Origin: the human T2T-CHM13v2.0 reference genome, Homo sapiens
Reading direction: 5' to 3' (one strand)
Length of the DNA: 64,000 bases
Assembly (NCBI RefSeq): GCF_009914755.1
Contig: NC_060944.1
Made by a program: the position numbers and the translations under genes. Positions 41,265-57,977 of the stretch are shown here, piece by piece (the first letter of the stretch is position 1; every line of letters starts with the position of its first letter). Under the pieces are notes generated by a model, which was not told where the DNA came from, ran no database searches, and saw only the letters and a program-made list of their open reading frames with translations.

Positions 41265-44200
41265 AAAAAGCATGCTAACCCTGTTAGATAGACAAGGCAG
41301 ATACCCCCATCCAACAGTTTACTTGCCACGGTTGCTTAGGAGTGAACTGGAGGAACCTTCACTCCTCCCCACTTTCCAAGAACCTGCAAAGCCACAACAG
41401 CAGCATGATTCGTTGTGAACATCCTAGAAGCAGGTCCTAGAAAATCTGCCTATCCCTCCCTGCAGCTTCATTCAAGTGATCGAAGACCAGCATGAGTCCA
41501 ATTCTTCAGAAGCTGTGCTACCCCTTGGGATTAGAAGGGAAGTCCTTTCAGTTGCACTGGGCACTGTTTTCTGAAATGAGGGCTCTGCAAGGCAGCTTAA
41601 CCCACCATCACCTCACTTCAGTGAGCCCAGATGCTAGCAGTAAGAAGAGATGGACGTGCACAAAGCAGGAAGCACAACAGCGAGTCCCAAGGCTTGGACA
41701 TGGGCTGGGAAGTTGGAAAATGGGTGCCCAGGCATGTGACATATGGCCAGGACTGTCCACACCCCCCACAACGGCCCCATGGGCTGGCAACAAGCCAGTG
41801 TGATAACAGAATACTATAATATGATAAAATAAACGTGCTCCTTCTCCCCTTTTCCTCCCCAATCTTTGAAGCAGGCAGCTTACTTTGTCCTCAGCTCCTC
41901 AAGAGAAATGTGTGGCAGAAAGCAAATAGAAGATAAGACTTCCAGCCACCTCAGCCATAATCTACTTAATTCCATAACCAAGTGTGCCTCTCCCCCACTC
42001 ACAATCCCTACAATCCCAGAACTGTTATCCAAATCTGTGGGGGAATGGACTGGAAGCAATAATAACTGAGGAGAAATTTTCTATCAGCCATTCTAAATTT
42101 GGGTGTGGGGTTTGGGGGGCTTTGAGGCAGAAATAAAATTGAGTTATACATGATTTTTTAAATTTTTCCTTGCAAACTTAAATTTATGAATTAATACTTA
42201 ACCTGCTGAACTTTTAAGGAAGCTGTGTTTCTTGGCTCACAAGGGGTGGGTTGATTCACAAGGAGAAATATTAAATAGCTCTCTTCACTCTGCAGCACCT
42301 GGTACCCAAGGTGTGGGGAAGGGGGACTTTCTGTGGATTGGATTGGACCAGAGACCTGAGCCCCAAACTGGTTTAGGTGAATTTTGATGGGTACAAAATT
42401 ACCTAACACAAACCCAGTGGTCTACAGGTCTGATGCCCCAACTTCCCATAAATAAAGGCAATATTTAGAAATCAGACACAATGGGCAGGACTAGCAAAGC
42501 AGAACTCTACCTTCACGCCACACTACCACTAATTCTTGAGGAACTTGTGCAAATTAGGAAAGGGAGCTCCTTACTAAAGATGATTTCATCCATCAGAAGA
42601 TGGTCATAATATGCTTACTAGAATATGACAATTTGGTGGATTCTTCTAGAAAATTATATCAAATATACAAAGTCTCTGGTGTCTATGAAAGAAACAACAC
42701 ACCCCTGGAATAATGCAGTGTACAATTGTACATGGCAGCCCTGTATCATTCTTCACTGTTTTAACAAAGCTTGATGCTAAAAGGACACTGGTGAAAGCAG
42801 TGAGGAGGTCACTTACAGCAGGTTGTTGTTTCAAAACACTGAGATCACTGGGCTCAGTGAACACTAATACCATGTTCTGTTTTCTAAGTTTTTCAGAACT
42901 TCCACCCACAAAGTGAAGAGGCACTTATAAAGAGGTTGGCAATGATGAAAAAGCAGACTCAAACTTCAAACTTTCCAGAGGAAGGGGCATACAGTAGGTG
43001 CAAAATAAGCGTGTAATTGTTTCTTTAGTTTAAAAAAAAATGCACCCAAATGACAGGAGAAGGTTCTTGACTTATTCCTAAGAGTCTTGGACTCTCTTAG
43101 AAAATCATTGATGACTTTGTGATTCGTGTTCAACTTTAACTCATGGCATTGTGCCAAGTTGTAGTAATAAAAAATAAGTTCTTCCTTCTAACAACCAATT
43201 CAATCAAAGAAAAGAAAATCTTGCCAAACAGGACTTTTATTGGCTCTTATGGACTCCTTATTTCTGTCTGATCTTCTCCTGAGAAAGAAAAAGGGCAAAT
43301 GAAGTCCTCGTCTCCTCTGAGACGAGCCCCAGCTGCTTCTGATGTTGCTCCTAAATCCTGAAGCCTCTAGAGGCTTCCATTCTGAGTATCTCTCCTTGGG
43401 CAGAGAGTGCTAGATGTGGCCTCTTTTCCAAGCTCAGAAACAGTTTCCTTGAGTTACAGAAATGTGGGGCGTTTCTCTCCCTCGAGAGAAGTTACCAGAC
43501 TATTTCAGCAGCATTTTTCCTTCCAATCAGGCTAGCCACAAAATGGAAAGGCAGAATCTAATACACTTTCTGATGCCACCCGTGGTTCATAAAGTCACGC
43601 TAATGAAGAACAGCTGAAATCTTTTACTTGTGAAACAGCATCCTTTTACCTGCAGAGAACTGACCTTAACACTCAGAGAGAATGAAGGAAAAAAAACCAC
43701 ACAGAACCAGAATCAATTTCACTCCTTTCCATTGAATTTTCATGTCAGATATCAGTGAAGTTTTATCATTACTATTTTTCTGGGTTTTTTGTGGAATTTC
43801 TTTTGTATCTTTGTACATGACTTTTCTGATTAAATGCTTCTTATGTTAGTATTTACTCCATTTTTTTTTTACATTGGAGGAAAAAATCATGAGTTTCACC
43901 GTAGTGTTAAAAATGCTAACACTCAAAGTAAACGCTGTTTTAAAAGAATCACTCGTGACTGTTTATGTAATTTCGAATAGCTAAGGCAAAGGAATGTAGA
44001 AGAATATAGCCTCACATGACACAGAAAAAGGAAGGTGGATCCGTTTGTGGAAATACAGAAAATAATCAAAGCCCCCCGACTCCATCCTGAGAGCTGAATC
44101 ATTCAAATTGGCCCTCATTATGGATTAAACAGGGTAACTGTCTTAGTCAAAACAGTGGACTACAGAATATAAGAGGTTTTTGTATGACTAAGGGCCTAAA

Positions 44201-44292
44201 GATATTTTCTGATCTGAAGATGCATTTCTTACATTGCTTGGCCAATGGTAAGCAATCCTTTTTCCTGTGTGGTGACACTGTGACCAGGATGA

Positions 44293-44775
<483 letters not shown>

Positions 44776-45809
44776 TAAAATGATTCCACTGGGTGGACAG
44801 GTCATTTTAAGCCATTTTTTCCCACTTCTCCTAAAGATTTTAAAGGATTGTGAAAAGCGTCACCCAATCTGCATTAATTTCCCTACATTTTCCTCTACTT
44901 ATTGATTACATCTTGACATCAAAGCTGAAACATGACAAAAATAGAAAAACACCAGAAAGAGAGAGACATGAAACTTGCTTCCCTTACTCCAAACTACGAG
45001 CATAAAGCATTTATTGGCAGGAGTCTCTCAACTTCCCTGGGAATGACCAGACCAATGTCCTCTAGGGTTTCCTCAAAATTCCCAGTTCTTGGAAAGTCAG
45101 AAAGTCAAAATTAATGTTCTAAAGGTAACCTCGTCAGAAATAAAAACCGTCTAAGTTCAGTACCTATGACAATGTATTTTCTTATTGTAAATTATCACCA
45201 ATTGTCCTAAAAAATATTAAAGGCCTCTGCCCTTGGATGAATTTTAAACATATAGACTGGCTGCTGAGAAATGGCCAGTGTCATCGATCCTTCTAAATAT
45301 ATTCTCACCCTGTCTCTCTCTCTCTCACACACACACACACAACACACGCACACACCCTTTTGTCAACTGAGCAATGTCTTCCGAAGCCAAATGCCAAGTG
45401 TACTAAGATAAAGGTATTGCAATCCCTGGAGGAGGGGCACTTCAATTACAAAGAAAAGCAAAATATGCCTGAATCTTTATTTCAGAACAAATGCTGACAA
45501 AATGAGGAATGTCACTAAGGATTTTCTTTCTTCACAAGATGGTCACTTTCTGTGAGTGACTTACCTGTGTTTCCATGTGAGGGTTTCCCAAATCTTACAT
45601 GTAGGTAGCGTCTTCCTGCAGTCTGTCCTCTGCACACACTAGCAAGATTCCCTAGTGCCTTTTCTCATCCCAGAACAGCAACAACAAAAAGTCTCATGCT
45701 TACCAGCATTAAAGCCTCCAGCAAATTGCCTTTGGCTGGGCGAGTTTAAAATAGGATAGAAAATAGAAGCACTTGTATTCCTGGGTCACTGCAAAGAAAA
45801 CACCATCCA

Positions 45810-46610
45810 TCTCCTTAGATTTAGGTTATAAGAATCACCTGGAGACTGTTAAGCTGCAGCTGCCTGCCTGAAGCCCGGCATGGGTGATTCTGAGGCAGGT
45901 GGTCATCTTCAAGTTTTACTTAAAGACAGAACTTCGCGAACTTCACAATGCCTAAGAATCATAGGGAGAGCAGAGGATCTTGTTAAATGCAGATTCCAGT
46001 TCAGTAGGTCTCAGTGAGTCCACATTCTACCTGGGGTTTCTAACAAGCCCCCAGGTGATGTGGACACTACCTTCCACAGATTACACTTTGAGTAACAAGG
46101 TTTAAGGAACAGGCACAGAAGTCCTTGCTGCTGAACGTGTGGGACCCAGGTCAGCGGCACAGCAGCACCTGAGAGCCCATTAGAAATGCAGGCTGTCCCC
46201 TTCCTGTGTCCAAATGTTCTCATTGTTCAGTTCCCACCTGAGTGAGAACATGCGGTGTTTGGTTTTTTGTCCTTGCGATAGTTTGCTGAGAATGATGGTT
46301 TCCAGCTTCATCCATGTCCCTACAAAGGACATGAACTGTTGTGGGGTGGGGGAGCGGGGAGGGATAGCATTAGGAGATATACCTAATGTAAATGACGAGT
46401 TAATGGGTGCAGCACACTAACATGGCACATGTATACATATGTAACAAACCTGCACGTTGTGCACTTGTACCCTAGAACTTAAAGTATAATTAAAAAAGAA
46501 AAAAAAAGAAATGCAGGCTGTCAGGTTCCACCCTAGGCTTACTGCATTGGCATCTGCATTTTATCAAGATTCCCATATGATTCTTAAGCATATTTGTTTC
46601 AGAAGCTGAC
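45810..46610. mobile_element. Cluster of three adjacent MER5-type MITEs, the third split by an L1
   Basis: Repeated MER5 motifs (AGAATCACCTGG, AAATGCAGATTCC, TCTAACAAGCCCCCAGGTGAT, TCTGCATTTTATCAAGATTCCC); boundaries approximate. Confidence 0.65.
46198..46506. mobile_element. 5'-truncated, 5'-inverted L1PA (PA3-5-like)
   Basis: Antisense ORF2-end segment 46198-46336 joined to a sense 3' UTR plus poly(A); 16-bp TSD AGAAATGCAGGCTGTC (46182-46197 / 46507-46522). Confidence 0.92.
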
Positions 46611-47236
46611 ATAGGAGAACTTCAAGGTATTCACAAAGAAATTGTTTTCTTTCAGAAAGGTCAGAGGTGGCAAAAAAAAAAAAGAGGCACCATTTTGATT
46701 CTCAGATATTTGAAATCCATGTTAAAGGCAGGTCTATATTAGAAGAGAGAGTAACCTACTGAGAAGCCAGCTTCTTAAATCTCAACCTCCTCTCTACCAA
46801 AGGAAACCGTTTAGGACAAGAGTTTGATATTGTGAGTGCCACAACTCTGAATGTGAACAGCTATTATATGTTTTCACCCTTCTCTGTTTTCATCACTTCT
46901 CACATCATTAGATCAACCAATTTGGGGACCTTGCTATACCCAATGGACAGGTGGCTTAAACAGTAAAGATGAATTAATAAAGCCTAGTGCCTTCCCTCAG
47001 AAGGGGAGGTGAAACCATACATTTGAACGTCTGTTGCTCCTTGTGAAGATTCAAGCTTTGCTTTGATATTTAGGGAGATCCAGAAAAAAGAGATGTCGCC
47101 ACTTCCGTAAACCCTGTACCTTGCAAAGTGCATGACACATTAATAAGGATAATTTCATTGATGTTAGCTGAAGATGTTAATATCAAGATTTAAATAGTAA
47201 CTTGCTAAAAACTAGAGGCTAAAAGAAAATATGTAT

Positions 47237-47497
47237 ATAATCCCAGCACTTTGGGAGGCCAACATGGGAGGATCACTTGAGCCCAGGACTTCAAGGCTGG
47301 CCTGGACAACATAGCAAAACCCTGATCTTAAAAAAAAAAAAAGTTAGCTGTGTGTAGTGGTGTGCCCCTGTGGTCCCAGCTACTTGTGAGGCTGAGGCAG
47401 GAGGATCTCTTGAGCCCAGGAGGTCAAGGCTGCAGTGAGCCATATTCACTCCAGCCTAGGCAATACAGCAAGAACCTGCCTCAAAAAAAAAAAAAAA
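47237..47497 (+). mobile_element. 5'-truncated AluJ-type SINE
   Basis: Begins at TAATCCCAGCACTTTGGG; AluJ diagnostics (CTTGAGCCCAGGAGGTCAAGGCTGCAGTGAGC). Confidence 0.9.
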
Positions 47498-48326
47498 GAA
47501 GCAGAATGAAAACACGTAGCTATCCAACTATCCAGAAAGGAAGGGGAAACAACCTTACATCAAAAAAAAAAAAAAAAAAAAAAAAGAGGAAAAAAGTAAA
47601 ACACAAATTTAATCAGATAATCAGGGTCTAATAGAATCTGGGATCATAGAAAGCCTCTGGAAAGCTATTAGAATCAGTAATATCCTATGTACAAGCTCTT
47701 TATTTCCTTCAGTTTTGTTTTCATGAGCTTCTGTCAGGAAGAAACTGCTTGCTACAGACAATTGCTTGCATTTGTTGATCAATAGATCAAGGAAGAGTCA
47801 AAGGAGGTAGGGACCATCTAAGGAAGGGATGGTGCTGGCATTGACAAATGCAAATAGGGCCAATGCAAATACTGTGTTCAATTAGCATTTTTGTGGACCC
47901 AGCGATTTCTGAAAACTATTTTTGAGTCATAGAATACGCAGGGAGCATCTGGCTCCATTTCTGGAAATACTTCTGACACCACTGCCTCCTTCTCTTTAAT
48001 GTATCCTACTCAAACTTAATTTTCTTCCCTTCCTCATGCCAATCTTAATGCCTTCCTGCAGGTTTATTTCCTGCTTGGCCCATATGAGACCTCGAAATTT
48101 TAGTAATCGTAGTAGGCCCTTAGTTGAGCTCCTACCGTGTGCCCTTCACATGTCTTATTTCATGGTAACAACCAACTACCTGCTGTTTACAAATGAAGTA
48201 ACTAAAGCTCAGAGAGATGAAGGAACCCGCCCAAGGTCACAGAGCTGGCAAATAAATGTTGTAGGATTCCATCTTATGTCTGTCCAAAATCCATGCTTCC
48301 TGGCCAAATCCTTCTGTGCCTTGTAG

Positions 48327-48634
<308 letters not shown>

Positions 48635-49105
48635 CTTGTAGCTTTTATTCTCTCCCTCAGTCTTATCTTTTCCAGCCACTATGTTCAGTGGTGTCTCTCA
48701 CTTTCTAGAACCAGCTTAGAGTGTGTTATCTCAGGATCTCATTCTCACTTCATCTCTCCACCTGGGGACACTCTAAGGCAGGTTTCCTTCCACATTTTAT
48801 AGCCGCGGCCCCACTGCCTTTTCAAATGGAGTTCCTTGAAAGTTTCAAATGGATTTTGTGTTTAAAAATATGTACACTAAAGCTCAGAAATTAGAGTCAA
48901 GGACTTTGCCAATTTTCTTTTATGTTCAGAAAAAAATCAATTAAAAAAGGGCAAGCCCCAAAGGATGGCCACAATCATGTTTATAAAAACATTTCTATAT
49001 TGATCTATTTTGATGATCACCTAACTTTCTCTCTCTCATCATAGGTTTCTATTGGTAATTTCAATACTTTTGGGCCATTTTGCCAAAACAATGACTGATA
49101 GTCTA

Positions 49106-49430
49106 CAGTCATCCCTTGGTACTTGTGGGGAATTCGTTCCAGAACCCCCTGAGGTCACCAAAATCTGAAGATACTTAAGTCCCTTATATAAAATGGCACA
49201 GTATTATGTGCATATAATCTACATAAATTATACTTTAAATCATCTCTAGATTACTTATAATGCCTAATACAATGTACTGCTGTGTAAATAGTTGTTCTAC
49301 TATGTTGGTTTTTATTTGTACTATTTTTACTGTTATATTATTGTTTTTATTTGTTTTTTCCCCAAAATATTTTTGATATTCAGCTGGTTGAATCTCAGAT
49401 GCAGAACCTGCAGACATGGAGGGCCAACTG
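49106..49430. mobile_element. MER2 (Tigger-family) DNA transposon MITE
   Basis: TIRs CAGTCATCCCTTGGTA / CATGGAGGGCCAACTG with TA target duplications on both sides. Confidence 0.85.
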
Positions 49431-50389
49431 TATTTATTCAAGTAGGATTCACCTGTTGCAATGCATACATACAAATTCTGCACACAGGGAACCCGGTGGA
49501 AGTCTACGTTAGAGCAGGTCCATTTAAAGAGAATTCCACTCACATTAGAAAATGCCCCTTTTATTTAGTCTCTCTGCACAATACTTTCTTTTTACATTAT
49601 AAAATCACACAGGAGGAAAGGTTTTTGACAGGAAGCCAACAGAAGACAACTTGCCAAGCAAAACATTGAGGATCCATTGCCAGCATCTGCAGATAATTTT
49701 TTTCAGAGAAAGAGGAGTCTTCCTGGTGATGAATGAATATTTTGACTTGGCAATTAACACAATTATCCTGGAAGACATGCATGCATGTGTCTCCCTATAA
49801 TACCTTGCCTGTTGCCACTAAATACAAAAGCCCCCTGCCCCACCCCCCAAAAATTGTTTTAATGGACTAAAGACCAGGAAATTGAGCCAAATCTCCAAAT
49901 AAGGCAGGTGTAATAATAATTCCTCCTAAGAAGAGGCCTGCGATCCTCTGTTTGTCTTTTAGTGTTGAAAAAAGGGCAGAACTTTTCCTCAAAGTCTTCA
50001 GTATGAGAATATTGGTCTTTAAACTCATCACCACTCATTCATACATTGAGCATCCTCCTGATATTTTAGGGGATCTTCTAAACTTAACTTTTTAACAATC
50101 AGCCCTTCTGAAAGAAGAGTTTACTAAGTTCATTGATTCTCTTTTGGCAAGCTCGCAATTCCTACATTTGGACAAATTAAACACAGTAAAGATTTCCTAT
50201 ATCAGCTCAGAGGACACTACCTGAAAATTCAGAAAGCTTTTCTTAGACTTCAGGAAAAAAGAAATGAGAGGATGAAAGGATGAAAGGAAGGGAAGAAGGA
50301 AGAAAGAAAGAAAAAAGGAGCAAAGAAGGAAGAAAGGGTTAAGAAGAGACAAAGTAAGAGGAAATAAATAATGTAGAATACATATTTCC

Positions 50390-50437
50390 AAAACGGAAAG
50401 AAAAAAACAATTCAACTAACATATATTAATCTTTATT
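50390..50437 (-). terminator. CBLN4: Polyadenylation signal AATAAA with downstream U/GU-rich element
   Basis: Plus-strand TTTATT at 50432-50437; about 20 nt further along the minus strand is TTGTTTTTTTCTTTCCGTTTTGG. Confidence 0.75.
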
Positions 50438-51533
50438 CTATAACAGACATAAATAATTTTATGAATTCATATGACCTATACAAAAGACAAGATATTGCAC
50501 TAAATTTAGATATGGGATATTTGAATTTAATATTAGCTAAACAGATAAATATATACAATTTAAAGAGTTAAGGCAAAACCAGATGATACTTCAAATACAA
50601 CAGAAGCCTTGAAAAATAGGTATAATTAGAAACAACAGCATCCCACCACCAGTTAATAAAGTGGTCATGTCTACGGAAAAAAAAAAAACCTTAGGTTTTT
50701 AATAAAGTGGTTATTATCAATCATTTTAATTAAAGTTGAGCAATAAAGTATAAGATTTCCCTCGGAGGGGAGCTGTTTTGCTGAGGCTCAGGGATTGAGC
50801 ACTTAGATTTTGGGTAAGCAACTTTTTCCTTGTCAGATTTATGATCTATTCTTCTTCTTAGAAAATATAACTTGGAAAATATGACTCTTTCACATATACA
50901 ATTAAAATACAACTATGAAGCATTCTTTTTTTTTGAGAGAAGTCATGTCGATGATATCGTAGTCAAGGTAAATTTGTGGGCAAGCCATTCATTACCTTAT
51001 TTTAAGAGAAAACATAATACCAGTTACTGAAAAAAAAAATCCAAGTTTTTTACAAGAACCAAACAAACTAATTCCAAAGGAATAAAAACAAATATAATCA
51101 ATATATTAACACAGTATACAGTTCTTTGGCAGTATCACACTAACCGTTGATTGAAGTCAGAACTTTAGAGTTTTCTAATCCTTAGACCTGGTTGCCAGTC
51201 TTTTAAAACTAAACAAATAAAATTCCACATCTGTAACTAATTCAGTAATCCCAGGAAATGAAATTCAGAATAAGTCTTGCAGACAGCTTTTGACTGTTAC
51301 ATTTAAGCATAGGTATTATCTGCTTAGAGTCCCAATCCAAATATACTGAAACAGACACACACAAATAATCTGTGAAATTTTGTATTGGTTCAGACAGGCT
51401 AGAATCCTTAGAATCCATATCCACCCATGAGAAACCAATAAAAGACATCAATCCAATGATGAAAAAATGATCTTCCAATAACTCAGGAGTGGGTCATCCC
51501 TCACCTGGATGAACATCATGGAGAAATTGAATC
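50410..51533 (-). other. CBLN4: CBLN4 3' UTR (approximate distal end)
   Basis: AT-rich, repeat-free sequence between the stop codon and the AATAAA at 50432-50437; exact cleavage site inferred. Confidence 0.75.
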
Positions 51534-51731
<198 letters not shown>

Positions 51732-52298
51732 CTAGAAGAAGAAAAATAATAATAATTGAAAAGTTCTCTTTAAAGTCAAAACATCTACTGGGGAGAATAA
51801 ATAATGTCTAAGATGATAGACCCAGTAAAATACCTGATGTTCAGGAAATATATTCCCTTCCTTTCAAATTAGCCAATTGTGGGGGCCATACTTCACATGT
51901 CTGCTGAACTGATTTTTTTAATTTTTTTTTTCTGATTGGAATTTCCTTAAATTCCTACAAAAGAATAACATCTATGGAGACCAACCTAGCCATGTGAAAA
52001 CTAGCTTCCCTTCAGCACATAAATTAAGCTTACTGCTTTACTTAACTCTTCCACCCAACAATAATCTTTTGGAAATAGAGCAGGCTTGTGGCTTCCCGGT
52101 ACATTCGTAAAAGAGACCCTCTGCCCACTGACATAAGAGACCCAGATACAACCCAATCCTACCAACATCCTTGCGAATTTTTGTGCAGCTGTAACATGCA
52201 TACTACTGAAAATCAATTGAAATAATGAAGTTTGTGTATATATGTGTCTGTGTGTGTTTATTTCTTTTTCTATTTTCCCTGATAGGAAACAAGCATCA

Positions 52299-52634
<336 letters not shown>

Positions 52635-53608
52635 TCACCACTATCACTGATTTTAGTGATTTTAGTGATTTTAGATTTAGATTTTAAATTTTAGAGATTT
52701 CAGTGACAGATAATTAGAATCAACTCAAAACTGTATTAACTATTTTCTATTCTTCAATTTTGATTACACTGTGTCAAGCATTGCATACATTTCTAAATAT
52801 TGGGGGTTGGGAAAACTTTTCCATGGAAGTAAGTTTGTTTTCTAGATTTTTTTAGGTTAAAAGTCATATGGAATAAATTAAATCTGAGGCTGATCCATTT
52901 ATCCATTTACTAGGACATGTAAAAGTATTAATAGATAAGCATGTAATCTATCATTCATATTGACATAATGTATAACATAAATACTGAGCATAAGATAAAA
53001 GGTTATCTTAGAATTCCATGCACATGTATTTGTGTCATTTAGTATTAGCATACTGGAATATTGTTGGAACAAGCTCCACTGTTGCTTTTGAATGTAAGGT
53101 CAAGCCCATTGTCTTAGAAAGCAGAACACAAAATATATTAACTGTGGAACTGCAGTTGGTAAGAATTCACTAGCATCAGAGTAACTGAGGATAAACACAA
53201 GCATACGCATAGAACACCGTTTTTTAAAAATGTATTTTGAATAGTTCCTCCTTCATAGACTTATTCTTACTGATTAGCTGTATCTCATAATTTTAAAAAA
53301 TAGCAAATGTGTTTTATTTATTTAGTATGCACTTGTAAAGCTGTACTAGTCTTACAAGTTTTTTTCTTATGAGTTCAAGTAATTCTTGTACATGCATTAA
53401 ATGAAAGCATGATCTTACAAAGAGATTTGTGTCACTGAATTTTTACTCAACCATGGATTTTTAAAAAATGTTTGATTGTTATTAAGGTAATAACTTCAAT
53501 TCTCTATTTTTCTATACGCTTTTTGTCACGTCTTAATGGATGTTAAAGAGAAAAAAATTAGAAATTAAGTGTTTTAAAATAAATGATAAAGATGGCTGCT
53601 TATTTCTA

Positions 53609-53824
<216 letters not shown>

Positions 53825-56470
53825 CTACAAATAAAAATAATAAATAACAATAAGTTATTATATTTTCTTCTGTAACTAAAATGAATTTTCTTCCTCTCAC
53901 TCTCTTCCTCTCCTCTTCCTTCTTTCCCTCCTTCCTTCATTCCTTCCTTCCTCTTTCTTTCTTTTCTTTTTTCTTTTGTTCATTCATTCATTCTTGGCAA
54001 CTAGCTTAAGAAATCATAGAAAATAAAACATCTAGTTCTGTATCTTTCCTCTTAACTGATTTGGAAAATTGACTGGAATACTGGAAGGTTCTTCTGTCTT
54101 TTAAATGATATAAGAATAAATAAAGTAACTGCTTTGTATTCATGTCTCAATTTCCAGCAAGGCCCAATGGCTCTGGAAACATCGAGCTAACATTTGAGAA
54201 CTTATAAATATTAGCTTTACCTTGAGAGTTGGATAAAAGGCACCCGCTATGTGTTTACATTCCCACCTTCTACAAGCCTTTGCAATGTCCAGAGGTGACG
54301 TTTCCAAGCCAGCCAATCAGCATCTGTGAGCTCTCCGCAGCATCCCTGGACAAACCACAGAGGCATGGGTACCCCCTCCACCATGTGACATAATCCTTGA
54401 CACTGAACAGTTGGTGCACAAAGTGATCTGAATGCCTGGCCCTTCTCTGAGCCACCACCACCCCTCTCCTAAGATCTGTTACCATTTTTTTTTTCATTCC
54501 TGTGCCAGCTAGGCCTTAATTATAATAATGTGGCAATGAGTCAGCCCTTGTGGGCTGCCAAAGAGGAGAGCATAGAGAAGGCTAAACTATGAAATAGGTG
54601 GCTTTCCCTGTTCCTCCCCGGGCTGTCCATTAACCTCCTATCAATCACCTGCTCTTTATTTGAAGTTCAAGGTTCAAAAGTGAAATTAGATACTGTTTCC
54701 CAAGAAAGCAACAATGCATTTTGTATTCCAAAATATTCAGCCTAGTTCTATTGGTTATAAAATTAACTCTAAATTTTAATAAGTGACCTCTTAAGCTAAA
54801 TTTGCAATGTCACATGGGTAAGTCTCTTTCTATGAGAAAGAGGGATTGGGATGGAGGATGGATGTTAAAATAACCAGGGTTTGTTCCATTTCTTTCCAAG
54901 AAATACACCTGTAAGTGGCATTCAAAAATAATAAGAGGTCCCTAAAAAGATATACTTCTCATATATCAATGGCAATCTGCTACTATCTCTTTCGAACACT
55001 GCATTCTTGCCAATATTAACACACTTGCAAGCCTCTTGCATAATTCCCTAAAAATGTACTATTACCTCTGGGCAACATACCAGAATGTAGTGACAGTCAA
55101 GCAGATGTATCAGGCTCAACACCTAACTTAAAACACATGTACGTGTATAATTTCATTCTGAGATTTCGCCTTCTTCCAAGTAAGCATCAGATTTTTTTTG
55201 TAACCTGATGATAGATGGTCTTTCAACAAGTCACCAGCTGTGCAATAATCCCCAGCAGAGGCTTTACAAAGAAATTTTTCAAGCACAATTAAAATAATTT
55301 GAGGTGCTTAGTGGTGACTTCCTGATTCAGATACAAGTAGCATAATTCATTAGCAATAATGAAAATAGCTGATTAGTGTTGGCTACATATAAAACTGGAT
55401 GTTGACTCTACACTGTAATTGGAGCATCCAGGTACATCGAGATTTATAACCAAATGTGTGTTCTTGTCTCTAAGATGCAAGGCTCACTGAAAAGAAGAAC
55501 AAACCCTTTTCCTCTTCTAATTGATGGAAAGGTCATTGAAAGGAACACCCTGTATAGAGGATAGTGCAATGCCCACAGTATTCCAACATTTAATTAAAGC
55601 ATTGAAATACAAACTAGGGGTGGTGCTAGACTTTATTTCCATCAAGATGGAAAATACTGCACCAAAACCCCAAATGGAGCTACTTAATTCTTTAAAAATT
55701 ATGTCTATCAAATACTAAGCCCCTAGAGAGGCATTCTCTGTCTTTGGCCAGCTGGAGAGTGCATTAGTTAGGAAAAATTAAGCAAGGAATACAGATGTCA
55801 CCTCGTGCTTTCCCTGGCACATCCTGCAACACCACTTAACCTGTGCCCCCTGCACATTGCAGCTTTGCATACAACTGTGAACTGTGAATTTGGAATTTAA
55901 AAAGACTCTGGATACTGTTGGGGCTGAAATTAAAAACTCTGAGGACAGTTTTCTCCCTTAAGACCCCTTGCTAAAGGTAAGCTGATATCCTGGGGTTTCT
56001 CATCAAGCCAAACACGGAGCACCAGGTCGCTAAACAGCGGCTACAGCTTCCGTCAGCTCTTCCCCTACTCTCATCAACCTCAAAGTCTGTCTTTCCCCAG
56101 CTATTTGCAATTCTCTGAAAGGACATGAGCCCGGGAAGGGAGAACTGGCTCCCAAGCGCTTTCCTACAGGAGCTCAGCGCAGTTGCCAAATTCCTTTTCC
56201 TCCCCTCCTCCGCAACTTTTCTCTAAGTACCGGAGAAGGGCTTGCTGCCTACTCCGAGGCAGCGGCAGTGCCAGCGGTGCCTGGCACACGAACAGTGGAA
56301 CCTGCAGGCGAGATCTGACCCCCGGCTCTGCCCCCGCCCTCCGCGGCCACCTGCCCGATCTCTGAAGAGTGTGGAAGCCCGGGGCTCTCTTGGGAGAGAA
56401 GCTTCTCTACCTGGGAGAAACAAATCAAACATTTATCCTGTTCCGCAAAGGTACCCAGGGAGCAGCCTCA

Positions 56471-57955
<1,485 letters not shown>

Positions 57956-57977
57956 GCGCGAAGCGGGCACACGCGCT

